Assembly (NCBI GenBank): GCA_050273025.1
Contig: CP158635.1
Span: 10,912,001-10,976,000, forward strand
Reading direction: 5' to 3'
Length of the DNA stretch: 64,000 nt
DNA from: Cenococcum geophilum
Lineage: Eukaryota
Positions 63,262 through 64,000 of the stretch are shown here, in pieces. Every line of letters starts with the position of its first letter. The stretch's first letter is position 1. Both the position numbers and the translations under genes were made by a program. The notes below the pieces were generated by a model, which was not told the origin of the DNA, did no database searches, and was given only the letters and a program-made list of their open reading frames with translations.

Positions 63262-64000
63262 TGTTACGGCACTGGCAGAAAGCGGCAGCTATGGTAGACG
63301 TTATGGTAGACGCAGGGCTCACGTGACTCTTACGTGACTAGGGATTATATATAACTCCTCACGTTGCTGCTTGTCCTTTCCTTTCCTTTTCTCTAGCTTT
63401 AGATTCTCGTTTATAGACAATCCAATCGTACAGGCTTACGCGACCCTTTTGCCGTGCTTATGTCTTAATTAACTAAGTCGCTAACATTATCTAAAGCTCA
63501 CTCTACTCTTTCTTCCTAAGAAGGAACTTAAATATATCTACAAGAACACAGAACAGGACCCCAAGGACATTACTAGGACCATAAGGACAGGACCTAAAAG
63601 AAAAGAATAGAACCCTAAGGAAAGGACCTACAAGATATACACAGACCAGAACCCCTAAAGAAATTACCCGGAATTACCCAACACCCCTACCACTATGCCA
63701 CGAACCACAGTAGCAGGTAAAGCAGCTATAGGACCCTTAAATACTTTAGACAAAGAAACAATTAACGTTTCAACCCCCTAGGCGGAGCTTGCGGCTGCTA
63801 ATGCCGAAATTAAACGATTGCGAGAGCTGCTTAAAGCTAGAGATACCCCTATATCTAATAATAAGTCATTATTAGACAACTAAAGACTTACTATAGTCCT
63901 TTAGGCCCTATCCTAGCGCCTTAATGGATCTACCGAGACCCATATAGCACCGAAGCGGTTAGTAAAGGTCGCGGACCCCCTACTACTTACAGACGGAACT
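63262..64000 (+). mobile_element. Gypsy element 3: 5' LTR (63262-63486) and start of gag (ATG 63695), continues beyond the window
   Basis: TGTTAC...TAACA LTR; self-complementary PBS; gag-like frame ending ..VKVADPLLLTDGT. Confidence 0.8.

Overview
Filamentous ascomycete (probably Dothideomycete-like) genomic DNA with three compartments. (1) About 1-44,700 is AT-rich and heavily RIP-mutated (TpA excess; CAG/CAA/TGG codons turned into stops). It holds a complete chromodomain Gypsy element (5808-11994, 210-bp LTRs, GTAAT TSD), two nested truncated Gypsy copies (about 34,300-41,535) and a Fot1/pogo transposon (41904-44838) with two nested MITEs. Between 1 and about 33,900 lies a compact array of roughly 15 RIP-killed non-transposon genes, some with introns (FunK1 kinase, a second atypical kinase, a chromodomain protein, repeat proteins, unknowns). 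This array looks like the cargo of a multicopy giant element. (2) About 44,700-59,400 is a GC-balanced gene island: an Hst3/Hst4-like sirtuin pseudogene split by the Fot1 element, a CorA-like membrane protein, a Gly/Ser/Asp/Tyr repeat hydrophilin, CWC15, RRP45, a DUF4336-like protein and NOC3, plus small TIR elements. (3) About 59,450-64,000 is a RIP-degraded Crypton-type tyrosine-recombinase element, a partial second copy and a third Gypsy element running off the window. All calls were made by eye from the sequence; no database searches were run, and boundaries of degraded genes are approximate.
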